Shown: positions 25,657 through 38,111, numbered from the stretch's first letter. The stretch: DNA of 64,000 nucleotides from Balanoglossus misakiensis (GCA_040954595.2 CM082577.2:19752303-19816302); one strand, 5' to 3'. Notes: generated from the sequence alone by a model not told the origin. Translations and numbers: made by a program.

Positions 25657-28189
25657 AGTCCATGTCCTGTCACATTTTGCTCCGTTTCGTTGTCATTACT
25701 CATTTGCATCCGAGTTATCGCTGTTTCTATTATTGTTACAGAGAAATAAAATATTACAATACAAACTAGTATACATATTGGTATTAAATATCAAATATGG
25801 ATGAAAATATCTTGCGCCAATCTTGAAAAAACGCCCGAAAAGTTGTAGTGTATGCTGAAAATCAGCGTGAATCTTCCGGAAATTGCCGAGTACGTGCCGT
25901 TTTCACCCCATACAGCTGTGACGTCACTAGACGAACACATAAACAAACATGTCTGCCATTCGTACGGCGCGGTGCCTGCGGTGGTGCACGATTTTGAAAG
26001 TGAAACCGATGACTGTGGCTGCATGACGTGTGGTACCAGAAGTGACAGCGAAGGTGGTGATATTGACCAACTTGTAGAGGCTATCGTAATGTCTAGCCAA
26101 TATCATTACACATTTTCTAGAGCATCGACACGTCACTATGTTCGAAGTGCTATAGTGCTGCACAGCTGAGCGATATTGAGTCACATCAAACAGTGCACAC
26201 ACGCTAAAATTTAAAATTGTGTGCATATTTAGTTAGAATGGAAATTACTCGGCAAAATGTTGATATTTATACAGCAGCAATTTAGTGAATGTTGGCAATG
26301 TGTACAGTGAAGCTTAGGAATAGCTTTCCGCCTGCACCAACACTGGGTCAACTCTGGGTTAGCACCCTATTGGCGCTCTAATTAGCACCTATTGGGCTTG
26401 TGTTTAACTGGGGTGTGCCAAAACAATAGGGTGCGCCAAGGTTTAACACTGAACAATGCCAAGTGCCAGGGCCAACAGATTCACACCTTTGTAACACTTG
26501 TGACACATGGGCTAACACTGTGTGCCAAAAAACAATAGGGTGCGCCAAGGTTTAACACCTTTGTAGCACATGCTAACACTGAACAATGTCAAGTGCCAGG
26601 GCCAACAGATTCACACCTTTGTAACACTTGGAACACACAGGCTAACACTGTGTGCCAAAAAATAATAGGGTGCGCCAAGGTTTAACACCTTTGTAGCACA
26701 TGCTAACACTGAACAATGCCAAGTGCCAGGGCCAGCAGATTCACACCTTTGTAACACATGAGCTAACACTGTGCTGACGCATTATAAACACCATGTCAGC
26801 AAGTTGTTAGCAAATTGGAAAGCTATTCCTAAGCTTCACTGTACTGTATCGTGCCATCGTGACTTGCCGTGCCGTTTTTGTTTTATGTTGACAACATTTA
26901 CCACCCAATCCCATGGCCATGCAGTGTTTATGCACATGTGCGACGTGGTAAAAGTCTACTCGTTGCAAGAGAAAAGTAAATAGACCCAAAAATATCTAGA
27001 CAGTATTTAAATGGTTGTGTAAATATGGCAAATAGTTTATCTAGTGACCATTGGCAAATTAAAAATCATAGATTCGGTACCGTTAGCAACTGAACGCATC
27101 CATAGCACAGCCAAGGCCTCAATGGCGTTTGTTGGAAGCGTGCGTTTTCACCAGCAGACTTGCGTAATCCAAAGGAGGAGGTAAATTAAATCACAAAGAA
27201 CCAAAACCCACATACACGTAATCAGTGTTTTTGTTATAAATTAATTAAATAAAATGTCTTAGCACGGTTGTTGTTGCTGTTATACGTATCCTAAATACGA
27301 ACAACTTCCGAGCAGCTAGCACATGTAGCAGTAACTGCAATGATTGTAGCGGGTGCTGCTAGGTTGACTGGTGTGTTTGCAGCATAACCGCTACAAGGCC
27401 TTGTGTGTAATTTTCCAATCAACTTTCCGTCGACAGCTGAGTTACGGGGTTTAACTCTTACCTCCGATAAAATTTGAAAACCGAACGGTTGCATCCCCCC
27501 CCCAAAAAAAACACCTCCGACGGCCAAATTTTCCCCAAAATTGTCCTGTTTCGATTTAAAAAACCGATAAATCCACTGAAGTTTCGCCGATGAAGACATC
27601 GGCAGAATTTCAGCGGACATTTCTGAATGCGACGACGTAGAACTAGCTTCCAAACACGGCCACGTTTGAACTTTGGAAGCGAGTTGCGGCATTTGTGGGG
27701 AAAATAAATCGTTGGTATTTACTGTTATGTGATTTTAAGGAGGGTACGGCACCTGAACTAAATCCAGCCTCGTCCTATAACATGCTTACCATTGTACGTA
27801 TCAAACGAAGTGATCTGGCGCACACAAGTGTGCACCACAAATGATACCTGTCTCGCATTTTACCCAGTCAGTACGCCTTGTAACCCACCAACAACACTGT
27901 ATTTCACAATTTTTGAAGCAGACGACGGCGTTCAATGCACAACGCAAATGATGATATTCTTTTGTGTTCCACTAGTGACGTCATTTTCCCAATTAGGGAC
28001 GTGCGAAATCCGAAACTTCACGATCAGCGGCATACCACAAAAGTCACCCCAAAATTACGTTTTTTTCTGTTTAAAAACACATTTTTTAAAGATTTTATTT
28101 TGCCTTTTTACAGGAAAAATAGTATGCTTGGACATGACATCGTTTATTCCTGTTTAAATTAATGTGAAAATTTTGACAGGACATGGACT
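25657..28189. mobile_element. 2.5-kb Kolobok-type element nested at TTAA
   Basis: TTAA-AGTCCATGTCCTGTCA...TGACAGGACATGGACT-TTAA. Removal restores the host unit AAAACATTAAACTAGAC, which is seen intact at 28381. Confidence 0.75.
26412..26775 (+). repeat. Three tandem ~110-130 bp units
   Basis: GTGTGCCAAAA..AATAGGGTGCGCCAAGGTTTAACAC...GATTCACACCTTTGTAACAC recurs at ~26413, 26520 and 26650. Confidence 0.85.
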
Positions 28190-29604
28190 TTAAACTAGAC
28201 AATACTTTAACAACAACTTTGCCTGCTTCACGACAATGTCGGACCTCAAAAATATCCGATAGTATCGATACTATCGTCTAAAACATCAAACTAGACAGTA
28301 TAGTACTTTAGCAACAATTTTGCCTGCTTCCCGACCATGTAGGACCTCAAAAATATCCGATAGTATCGATACTATCGTCTAAAACATTAAACTAGACAGT
28401 ATAGTACTTTAACAACAATTTTGCCTGCTTCCCGACCATGTAGGACCTCAAAAATATCCGATAGTATCGATACTATCGTCTAAAACATTAAACTAGACAG
28501 TACTTTAACAACAACTTTGCCTGCTTCCCGACTATGTCGGACCTCAAAAATATCATAACCCTAACCCTTAACCTAACCCTAATCCCTAACGGATCTGGTT
28601 CACCTAGTGGACACGACTATACCCCTGGGCGATACCATTATTTTTAAGGGGCGAGGGGTGGACACCCCCTCCAATCTTCGCCACTTTGCATTTATTCACT
28701 GGTTTGTCTAGTGTACCAGGGCAGACTTCTTGCACCCCACCCCCGATGCTTACTTTGAGTGGAGTGGCAAAATTAAAATTTGTCCTCCCTAACCGATGAC
28801 ACAAACTTGCCCCCCCCCCGTAAAAACTGAACGGTCCCTAAGAGAACCAGATCCAACCCTAACCCTTACCCTATCGTCTAAAACATTAAAGTAGACAATA
28901 CTTTAACAAAAACTTTGCCTGCTTCCCGACAAGTATCGATACTAGACGATACTATCGATAGTATCGGATATTTTTCTTGTTGAACATACGACGTGTGTCC
29001 AATCTTGGTTTACATGTAATGGGCGACATGGGTGTCTAGTTTTAAAAAATAAGAAGATACTAGACGAAACTATCGATAGTATCGGATATTTTTCTTGGTG
29101 AACAGGCCATGGCCGGCACTGGTGTCTAGTGAAATAAATTAGACGATACTAGACGATAAAAACGATATTTTCTAGTATCGATACTAGACAATAAATATCC
29201 GATATTGTATAAATGTGCAATGTCGCGCCTTCATGTGCCAACTTTCCCTCGATTTTGTAAAAAATCGCGCGACTTATGCATGGCGAATATGTTTTATTCT
29301 GAAAGAGTGACCTCAAAGCTACCAAATTATGTAGAAATCAGCTAGACCGGATTTCCCCTTTATTCAAGTCAAATGATCCCATAAATGTAGCTTGCTGCGC
29401 TTCAGGTCAGCCTGTTACATATTAAGAATTTACGCTAGGGGGCAGCGCTGGGAAGTGTCGAAACGACTGGGGTGTCGGGGCCGAAATAGCCTAGTCCTAG
29501 CCGTATTTTGTCCGCTTTGCTTTCAAAACTTTTCGAAGCAAAGCGGACAAAATACGGCTAGGACCGAAACGACTGGGGCCTTAAAACTTTGGGGCCGAAA
29601 CGAC

Positions 29605-30234
29605 CACAGGTGGCTGAATTATTTCTATGTCGGAGAATTATAGTGAGGTCATTGGTTATCCCTAAGAACAAGCACGAAGTGCGAGAAGGTTTGAAACGAC
29701 TTTCGGACACAGTTCAATAAAACATAACGAAATAAAAAAAATCAAACTTGAGCGACCAAATACATACCCAGAACGATAAAATATTCTACTGTGCATTTAA
29801 TCGCCACCTTCATTAGGTTCCTTATCAGCACTAGCGTGAGTATTTCCCCAAAACTAACAACTGGGACAAAATGTACAAATGCTACACAGAAACGCTTACG
29901 CATGCGCAGTATGATGATATGGTAGTTCAAGATGGAGGCGATCTGTGTAGCATGTGTACATTTTTGTCCCAGTTGTTAGTTTCGGGGAAATACTCACGCT
30001 AGTGCTGATATTGATAAGGAACCTAATGAAGTTGGCGATTAAATGCACAGTAGAATATTTTATCGTTCTGGGTATGTATTTGGTCGCTCAAGTTTGATTT
30101 TTTTGATTTCGTTACGTTTTATTGAACTGTGTCCGAAAGTCGTTTCAAACCTTCTCGCACTTCGTGCTCGTTCTTAGGGATAACCAATGACCTCACTATA
30201 ATTCTCCGACATAGAAATAATTCAGCCACCAGTG
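29605..30234. mobile_element. 630-bp foldback element with 8-bp TSD (hAT- or P-like)
   Basis: ~285-bp near-perfect inverted arms starting CAC(A/T)GGTGGCTGAATTATTTC; TSD GAAACGAC (29597-29604, 30235-30242). Confidence 0.85.
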
Positions 30235-30339
30235 GAAACGACCTGTTTCCCCCAGTGGACACCGACATGATCACATCCACCTCCCGGGTCGAGGTCATTG
30301 CGGCGTGTCATATACAAGATGAGCAAAACCTAATTTTAC

Positions 30340-30965
30340 CTGAATTTCTGAATTTAACACTGACGCCTTTGTCACCACAAACATACACCATGACATTCAA
30401 TTCGTCGCGCTGTCGCGATAGGCTCCAAGACCAAGTCGAATGTAAGCAGCCATTTTGAACACACAGAGGAAGTGGTATGGAATTGTGGGATATTAAGCTC
30501 TCGACGTCATTGACGTGGAGAAGTCAGCATTGTTATGCAAATTACAAACAGCTTGCCGGTACGGTGTTGCTATGATCCGTATTATTTGCTTCCTTTGCTG
30601 TGTTGTCTTCTTACGCACCAACTTAGATATAGTACGCAGATATTAGTATATCCATTTATTACCATTGATCTACGTATATATGGTTGATATCAATGCTTCT
30701 TGGACTCATAAACAAACCAAAAAGATTTGAATCTGATTATGTTTCCCGTCCTAAAAACATTTTAAAAATTATTTATAGTTATAGCGGAGTGATATTTGTT
30801 GGTAAATACATGAACCAACATTTTGGTGAGAAATAGGAAGACGATCATCAAGCCGTGTAATGCACAGTGGAAGTTGTAAATAGAACCGTGTAAGCATAGT
30901 GACGATTGCTTTTACGGCAATAATCAAACGTCGAGTCGCTCCGGCGATTCATCGCACTCGCAGAT
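30340..30965. promoter_or_regulatory. Candidate shared (bidirectional) promoter region
   Basis: Non-repetitive, CpG-richer stretch upstream of the QRICH2-like ATG. Contains GGAAGTG (ETS-like, ~30468), GACGTCATTGACGTG (paired CRE-like, ~30503), ATGCAAAT (~30535) and GTTGCTATG (X-box half-site-like, ~30566). A minus-strand donor CAG|gtaaaa lies at 30340. Function is inferred. Confidence 0.4.
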
Positions 30966-31427
30966 ATGACGGCCACTATGCGCCTTGGTGAGATGGTCGA
31001 CCTGGCTTTGGGAACTCCCGAAGTTGGTGCCGTAAATTTCAATGTCTTACACACCTTCCTTCACGCTGTGGTCGAACATCTGAATATTCGGGATGTCCAA
31101 GCTGAAGTTGATGCAGCCGACAAAGATTTACTGACTCAGTCAAGCCACAAGAAGTCGGACCACAGTGTTACTGACGAAGATAAGCTTAAAGACGGACATG
31201 AGGAAACCGTATCAAAAAGTCCCATTCCAAAGAGGTCGACGTACCATGCCTTGGAAGAGAAGGTCTCACGTCTGGAAAATCAAATTGAATCACTCAATTC
31301 TCTTCCAAGTAACCAGGAATTGATGGATAGATCACGTTCACTGGAGAAGGTTACTCCCGTCTCAGATATGTGGCAGCAAATGCAACTAACCAAGAGAGTA
31401 GATGCAAATGAGGAAGGAATTGCCAAG
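30966..31427 (+). CDS. QRICH2/C16orf96-like coiled-coil protein, coding exon 1
   Basis: N-terminus LGEMVDLALGTPEVGAVNFNVLHTFLHA and later VSDMWQQMQLTKRVDANEEGIAK resemble the conserved QRICH2-family N-terminus (DLAIGTPEVGAVNF.ALH). Donor AAG|gtaaat, 462 nt, phase 0. Confidence 0.85.
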
Positions 31428-32125
31428 GTAAATTACATTTTATTTCTTTTGGATTTCTAAATTGTGAGACTACAAATGTAGTTTTCGGCACCGATTCATG
31501 ACAGGGCGTTTGAAAATTTGTAACACCTGAGGCACCAGAATTGTTTTCATGTTTGGTATAAGAAGACCAAGAAATTGTCTTTTTTTTCTTGTAAAACTGT
31601 GTCTACATTTGCAGCTTCGTACATCTTATTACAAGTGACAGATTTTAAGTATTTATTAATTATGTCAAATCAATCAATTTCAATAAATGCACAATAATTA
31701 ATTATCGAAAACTGAAGCTTGAATGCCTTGGTAATGATACAAGGGCATGAAGTGTAATCTCCACCTGTCAACTAGGCGAAAAATGTAATATTTCCGTGTC
31801 CCAATGAGAAAAGTACTCTAGATACTTGCCTGACTATTCTCAGATGCCCTAGGGCACCGTAACACGTCTGATCAGATGCACAATTGATGCTGCTGAAACG
31901 TTTAGGTCAAATGAACTAATTTAAAAGAAGATATGCATAATAATTTTAATGAATGAAAAAATAATACAGTCAATGCTTTGATGAACCAACATCCTGGTTA
32001 TAAGCTACATCATGTAGCATGCTTTAGAGAAATATTCATACATGTACTATAATTATCAGTGACTGCTTATACCTTGTTTAAGCAATAACCCCTGCTGCAG
32101 GCAGCCAGGTTTAACACGAGATTTG

Positions 32126-33253
32126 GGGTTAGCCTAATTCAAGATTCAAGTTTCAAGATTCACGCTTTAGTTATCGGTTGTAAAATATACCCGGACCCTA
32201 AACCTATCAGTTATATCAGAATTACGCTTAAAAGTATCTGTGAATACCGAGATTGCCGGCCATGGTGCGATCAAGACCAGCCTAAAACTATTATCCAAAT
32301 TACCGCAAAATTGTTTATTTCAAAATTCATGTGTTAGAAAATAATAAATAGGGTGCATCTCTCTTTGAAAAATGTTGTTGAAACTGAACTTGAAGAGATA
32401 CCCGACAATGACGTCACGCGATAATCGAACAGAATATTTGGGGAACCTTGCTTGGGCAGGGATCGAGGTAGCTCTGGACTTATGCGCTGTTTGGGTCTAC
32501 GCTGCTCTCCGTCCCCCACAGCTATGGAGCCATGCGTAGGAAATCCTGTTGGGTTGCGGAGCAAAATGATTCGCACCGATTTTCAAACAATAAACTACAT
32601 GAACATGTACATAATGTTGTCAGAAATAAAGATCGAACGAAAATTTCACAAATGGGAACCTACTTGACGTGTTTGTCGCCGAATCGTAAACGTCGTTAAC
32701 GCAGCGCCGTAAAACTGGTGACCCTCCCATGCAAACATGGACGTTCACCTTCATTTAAGTCATGTGATCGACACGTGTTTTACTCGGCGTGTTTGTATGG
32801 GAGGGTCACCAGTTTTACGGCGCTGCGTTAACGACGTTTACGATTCGGCGACAAACACGTCAAGTAGGTTCCCATTTGTGAAATTTTCGTTCGATCTTTA
32901 TTTCTGACAACATTATGTACATGTTCATGTAGTTTATTGTTTGAAAATCGGTGCGAATCATTTTGCTCCGCAACCCAACAGGATTTCCTACGCATGGCTC
33001 CATAGCTGTGGGGGACGGAGAGCAGCGTAGACCCAAACAGCGCATAAGTCCAGAGCTAGGATCGAGGACAATAAACAATCGCACGCACCCCTGGTTACGG
33101 CAGCATAAACATATTAGACAAGACTCGAATCTGAATCAGAATATAAGTTTAGTGTTGGAAGTGAATCGTGAATCCAAGTTCACTGCTGAATCTTGGGCCG
33201 TGGAACGTGAAACGCGAATCTTGAAACTTGTAACGTGAATCTTAGGCTAACCC
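32126..33253. mobile_element. MULE-type MITE
   Basis: TIR GGGTTAGCCTAA...TTAGGCTAACCC; 9-bp TSD CGAGATTTG (32117-32125, 33254-33262). Confidence 0.75.
32469..33058. mobile_element. 590-bp foldback element, TAG termini, 9-bp TSD (Academ-like)
   Basis: ~265-bp essentially perfect inverted arms TAGCTCTGGACTTATGCGC...; TSD GGATCGAGG (32460-32468, 33059-33067). Confidence 0.9.
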
Positions 33254-34725
33254 CGAGATTTGGGTACAATTCGAGACATATAGCATGAGCAGTCAGCTGA
33301 GGGTACCCAAAAATTGGGCCAAAAATTTGGATTTCTATTTGGTTCATATTCAAGACAACGGAAAATCCTCGCCCTTTGGGTTTGTCAAATTAGATATGGC
33401 CATAATAAATTTTGGGGTCAAATACGCTGTTTGGGGAAATCAAAATTAAATATTTCACAAAAGCACTGGTGAAAAATTTTCTTATTGACCCGGTAGCAAG
33501 TTTGACTCGTACTTTCTTGTTTTCAATTGACGGGATATCCCCAAACAGCGTATTTGACCCCAAAATTTGCATTTGAAAAGAAAAGGTTGTGATTTTCTTA
33601 ACAAAGGGTGGGGAAATGGGTGAGAGGCGCGGCTTTCCGGGCGCGTCATTGGTCAGATCGCGTTCTACATATTAATGATATGTTCATTTTTATGCTAATA
33701 AGCAACTCCTAATATGGGTCATCGATGCGACTGCTGTACGACAGAGGTCATCCAAATCACCTTATACATTTGGGCAAAAACCAACTGACACTTACATTCG
33801 TCCCTGTGGAACAAAAACCACACCTATCGCCCTGTTGGTTAGTGTCCAATTAAATGTACAAAATCAATGACTTAGGCAGGTGCAACAGGTGACCCCGCCT
33901 TTGGTATATCATTATGGTCCCATCCGTATATGCCCCCCCCCCCCCCCACGCCAAAGCTGCATGCATCTGCTGTGGATGCTCACTAAAGCAAAAGTAGGTG
34001 AAATGTCACATAAGGTCGCCCACAACTTGACAGGAAAATCGGACTTCATATTGATCCATGTGCAACAAATACCACGCCAGCATCCCTTTCATTGACCCCA
34101 CAATTACGCATGCACATAATTGAGTTACGCAGGTGTCTCAGGTGACCCCCGAATCGGGCGTATTATTTTGGTCCCATACAGCTGCATGAAGCTGCGTGCC
34201 ATTACGGGGGACCTGATAACCCCCACGGCCATCTGCGGGCCGACCCCCATATACTGAATGTCCAGTTGCAATGTCACGACTGAAGTAGAAACTTTTGAAT
34301 GGCAACGAAGCCTGATCTCTGATTATTGCTGGTACCATACTCCCTTCGTGCAAGAAAATCACTGGTCTGCTTACGTATTTCGGCCAATTTCCCAAACTAC
34401 TATCCACTACATGTACATGTGACTACCATGCTAATGAAACCTCCCACAACATTAGCGACTGAGGGTCAAAGTCCGCTGCCGCAATGCTAACCAGCTGAGT
34501 GTAGCCGGGTCTGCGTAGACACATTTGAACGGCAACAGCTAACAAACTCAGCGTAATTCAATAAAACACAGCCCTAACACAGCCTGAACTCCGATTATGT
34601 GTTGTCCCAAAATTCATTCCGTGGAAAATAATCACTGGTCTGTTTACGTATTTCAGCCGATTTTCAAAGGACTACTGCAACCCGCCAGAAGTGAGTACCC
34701 TGCTAATGAGACCTCCACAACATTA

Positions 34726-35444
34726 GGCTGCATTCACAAACACCTCTGGAGGGGGGGGGGGGAGAATTCAATTTTTTTTACCGCTAATTTTCACATGCCC
34801 CCCGTACACAACCGAAATATTTTCAAATCCCCCCCTTCCGAACTGCCAAAATTTTGAATCCCCCCCCCCCCATTTTCTTTCACAGAGCAAAACACATCAC
34901 CTATCTATCTTGTAAAAAAGAACAACGGCGCTCCCATGAAACGAATTTGAAACTGATGTTTCCCCTCATCAGTGGGTATTAAAACTGAACATTGTTTTTA
35001 TTTTTTAAGTTTTTGTATTCTGTGTTGGGAGACATTGTAAACCGAGAATTGAAGGGAGTGGGTGTGGGAGGGGGTGTCCCCCTCCCACGTAGGAAAATTT
35101 TATAAAATACAGAGCTCAAAGCTGCATTTTAATAAACCCGGCAAAAGCAAATTAACTGAACTGCACCGGTATGTTGGGGAGGACAAATTTAACCGTCGCC
35201 GCTCGGGGGAGGGGGTGGGAGTGGGTGTCCCCCTCCCACATGAGAAAAATTTGTATTATGAAGGGTTCAAAACTGCATTTTTGTGGACTCAAAATAAATA
35301 TTTAGTCCTCAAACTTTTCAAGTCCCCCCTCCCTTTCAGTCCCTAAATTATTTCAAATCCCCCCCTTACATACCCTCAATTTTTTCAAATCCCCCCCTCA
35401 ATTCTCCCGCCCCCCCCCCTCCAGAGGTGTTTGTGAATGCAGCC
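34726..35444 (+). mobile_element. Harbinger-type MITE family A
   Basis: Both TIRs present, TSD TTA/TTA. The empty site CACAACATTACGTAAT is visible in the paralogous host at ~59127-59141. Confidence 0.9.
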
Positions 35445-35614
35445 TTACGTAATAACGGTCAAAGTCCGATGCCCCAGTGTTCGTCCTCAGCCCACCAATA
35501 AATGCGAAAAATATTACAAAAATCTTCTTCTCAAAATCGACGTGGCCTAGGACCTTGAAATTTTGCACAGGGGATTTTGGCCACATGGTCTGCAAAAATC
35601 GCGAAAAGAATGTA

Positions 35615-36904
35615 CAGTCGAACCTCGATAAGACGAAGAACAGGGGACTGTTTGAATCTATTCGTAATACCCGGAGTTCGTTGTAACCACAGAGAAAGTG
35701 GGGGCGTGTCACTGGAACAAAATGGCGGCCATTATACACACCCACCTGTACACGCACACAACACGTACTTCATACAAACAAACTTTTTATTACAGTACTT
35801 AATAAAAAAGTGAAAAATCAAAACATAAATGTACAGTATGTTAATAAATAAATTGTACAAAAATCACAATGCGGAAAGAAGTTAAAATTCATGAATTAAA
35901 ACTACATGAACCTCAGGCCGCCAGATTAAATTGTCCGTTTTCCTATCGAGGTTACTCACGCGGGCAAGAAAAAAAGTTCGTAATCTTCGATTGTCGCTGA
36001 ACGTAACACATGGTTGAAAACATCGTGTCTTCAATCGAAGAGAGATGATGGTAGGTAGCATCATCAATGTTCTCGCGGGACTGCAGATACCGCCTCGATC
36101 GGCGATGAAGACGTCAGAGATGGGTGGTGCATGGGCGTCTTTATCATCATCGGCATCTTGCGATGGGTCATCTTCCTGCTGCTGCCTCACAGATGTGACG
36201 ATATCATCATTCGGCATTTGACAAACTTCTATGTGGTCATTAATATCGATAAAGTCCGAGAAAGTCACAGCGTCTTCACTTTCACTCTGCGGCATAACGG
36301 TATCCCGGAGGTCACATGACACAGATTCAGCACTCGCTTTGTCAAGGACACCGGTCGACGTGTGCATACATCAGGCTTTTGGACAAGAGTTTGCGATGGT
36401 ATTCTATGTCACCTTCAACCATGATGTCGGATGAGTGTACTATCATATCGTCCTGTTATCACAACGGTCATTTTCAAAGTTAAGATCGAAGTCAAAATCC
36501 CATAATGTATAAACGACTTGAAAGTTTTTTTCACATTGAACGTTGATGCCCAACGACCTGTCAACAGCTTGACGCTTGGTAAGGGCATGTAAACAATAGG
36601 CGTGAATTTGCCGCCCTGACCCCTATTCAGAAATTAGAATGCCATAGGAAGGTGTGAAGAAGTTACAGGGCATTTTAGTTTGATCAAAGTCAAATTGCAC
36701 ATTGTTTATTTCCAACCTTTACTCAAAAAAGTTTTCGTAACACAATAAAATGTCTTCGTTGTAAGCAGTGTTTGATAAATGTTCGTGCGTTCTAAGCGGT
36801 ATGAACAGCCATAGAAAACAATGGTACCAATTCGGGACTATGACTGTTGGTTCTTGTAAGCAGTTTTTCGTTTTAAGCGTTTTCGTCTTATCGAGGTTCG
36901 ACTG
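35615..36904 (-). mobile_element. Tigger/pogo-type Tc1-mariner deletion derivative
   Basis: TA-CAGTCGAACCTCGATAAGACGAA...TTCGTCTTATCGAGGTTCGACTG-TA. Minus-strand remnant of a transposase C-terminus (VTFSDFIDINDHIEVC...acidic tract; QSKITNFF in another frame). Confidence 0.85.
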
Positions 36905-37798
36905 TATATTGATATGCAATTGTCATACTGAACAAGATAAAGTCTCAAAATTGCAAAATATAAAATATTCAGTAAGTTTACTTTCTATAATGGTGAAAAA
37001 AATATGACGACCCTCCCAAAATACTTATTTATGAAGCCGTTTACAAAGATCTAGGAACACTGGCAAAAGCTTAAAGACGTGCTAGATAGAGGGCGCTTTC
37101 CCAAAAAATCTAGCTGGTTGACCCCCTATTCTATAGATTAAATATTTAGAAGTCATAGTATTATCAGTATTAATTTCAGCATGATCAAATGACCTTTTAT
37201 TTTATCTTGTGGTTTTCGCGGAGTCGTACAACTTCTCGCCTTCGGCTTGAAGTTGCACAGCTCCGCAAAAACCACACGTATACGGTGACGCCAATCAAAG
37301 AAAAAATCATGGGATTATATATAAGTATAATGTATGTCCCTCATCAATAACTTGGAAACCACTGCGCGTATCACCTCGATATTCAACCTGTCCCCCATTA
37401 TATCAGTGGGAAGGGCAACATAATGATTTATTTGCGCAGGGGTTATTTTTCATTGTGGTAATATTGATCATGCAGATATGATGTGGCTACATGTAGTATA
37501 ACAAAACTTTCTTCAGAAACTTGTTTTCCAAAATACGTTTATATTTGTAATACAATGCAAGCAAAAAAGAAAAGAAACACGTTACTGGTGAATCGGAATC
37601 CGTGGCTTAATCTGAAATTGACATCAACTTCGAAAACAAATATGGTGGGTAATAGGCAGTCACGATCTCGCACTTGCCTAGAGCTGCAATGATTGTATTT
37701 GTAGCGGGTGCACTTGCCATACAATGTAGTACGTCATATTTTCTGCGGGAGTAATTTTGGCAACATTACACCTATTTGTAATCGTTATATTTAATTAT

Positions 37799-38111
37799 AC
37801 AGGTAAATTTTGGGATTATATCTGAGGTCAAAAAGAATTCTTAGGTCCGGGTTCCGAGGTTCTGAAACTTCAGAGGGCTCTGAGGGGCGCTGACTCAGAG
37901 GGCTCTGAAAAGTCAACTCTACCCGAATCCCTGGCCTTTCCGCACAGGGGTTTAATGCCATGGAAGGTGTGAAATCACTCAGTTATGTTCACTATTCATC
38001 AAGAATTGAAAGGAAGTCAGAGCCCCTCAGAGCCCTCTGAAGTTTCAGAACCTCAGAACCCGGACCTCAGAATTCTTTTTGACCTCAGATATAACCTCAA
38101 AATTTACCTGT
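37799..38111. mobile_element. Foldback MITE
   Basis: ~90-bp arms ACAGGTAAATTTTG...CTGAAACTTCAGAGGGCTCTGAGGGGC and its reverse complement. Confidence 0.7.

Larger units (their letters stand above)
25592..29230. mobile_element. TIR element with ~100-bp internal tandem repeats, host to nested insertions
   Basis: Left GCGTGACATTGCACATTTATTCGATATCGGATATTTAT is the inverse of right ATAAATATCCGATATTGTATAAATGTGCAATGTCGCGC. Tandem units at 28190-28550. Confidence 0.65.

Noticed and set aside
27291-27692. 133-aa minus-strand ORF as ECSIT exon 1
   Set aside because: It lies inside a Kolobok-type element and has no ECSIT similarity; the 23225-23323 exon fits phase and composition better.
28555-28590. 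Telomeric repeat or chromosome-end signal
   Set aside because: Only a few degenerate TAACCC units, lying inside a TIR element.
31865-31910. Hammerhead-ribozyme-like CTGATCA...GAAAC...GTC
   Set aside because: The core should be CUGANGA; here it is CUGAUCA and the stems pair poorly. An Infernal search would settle it.
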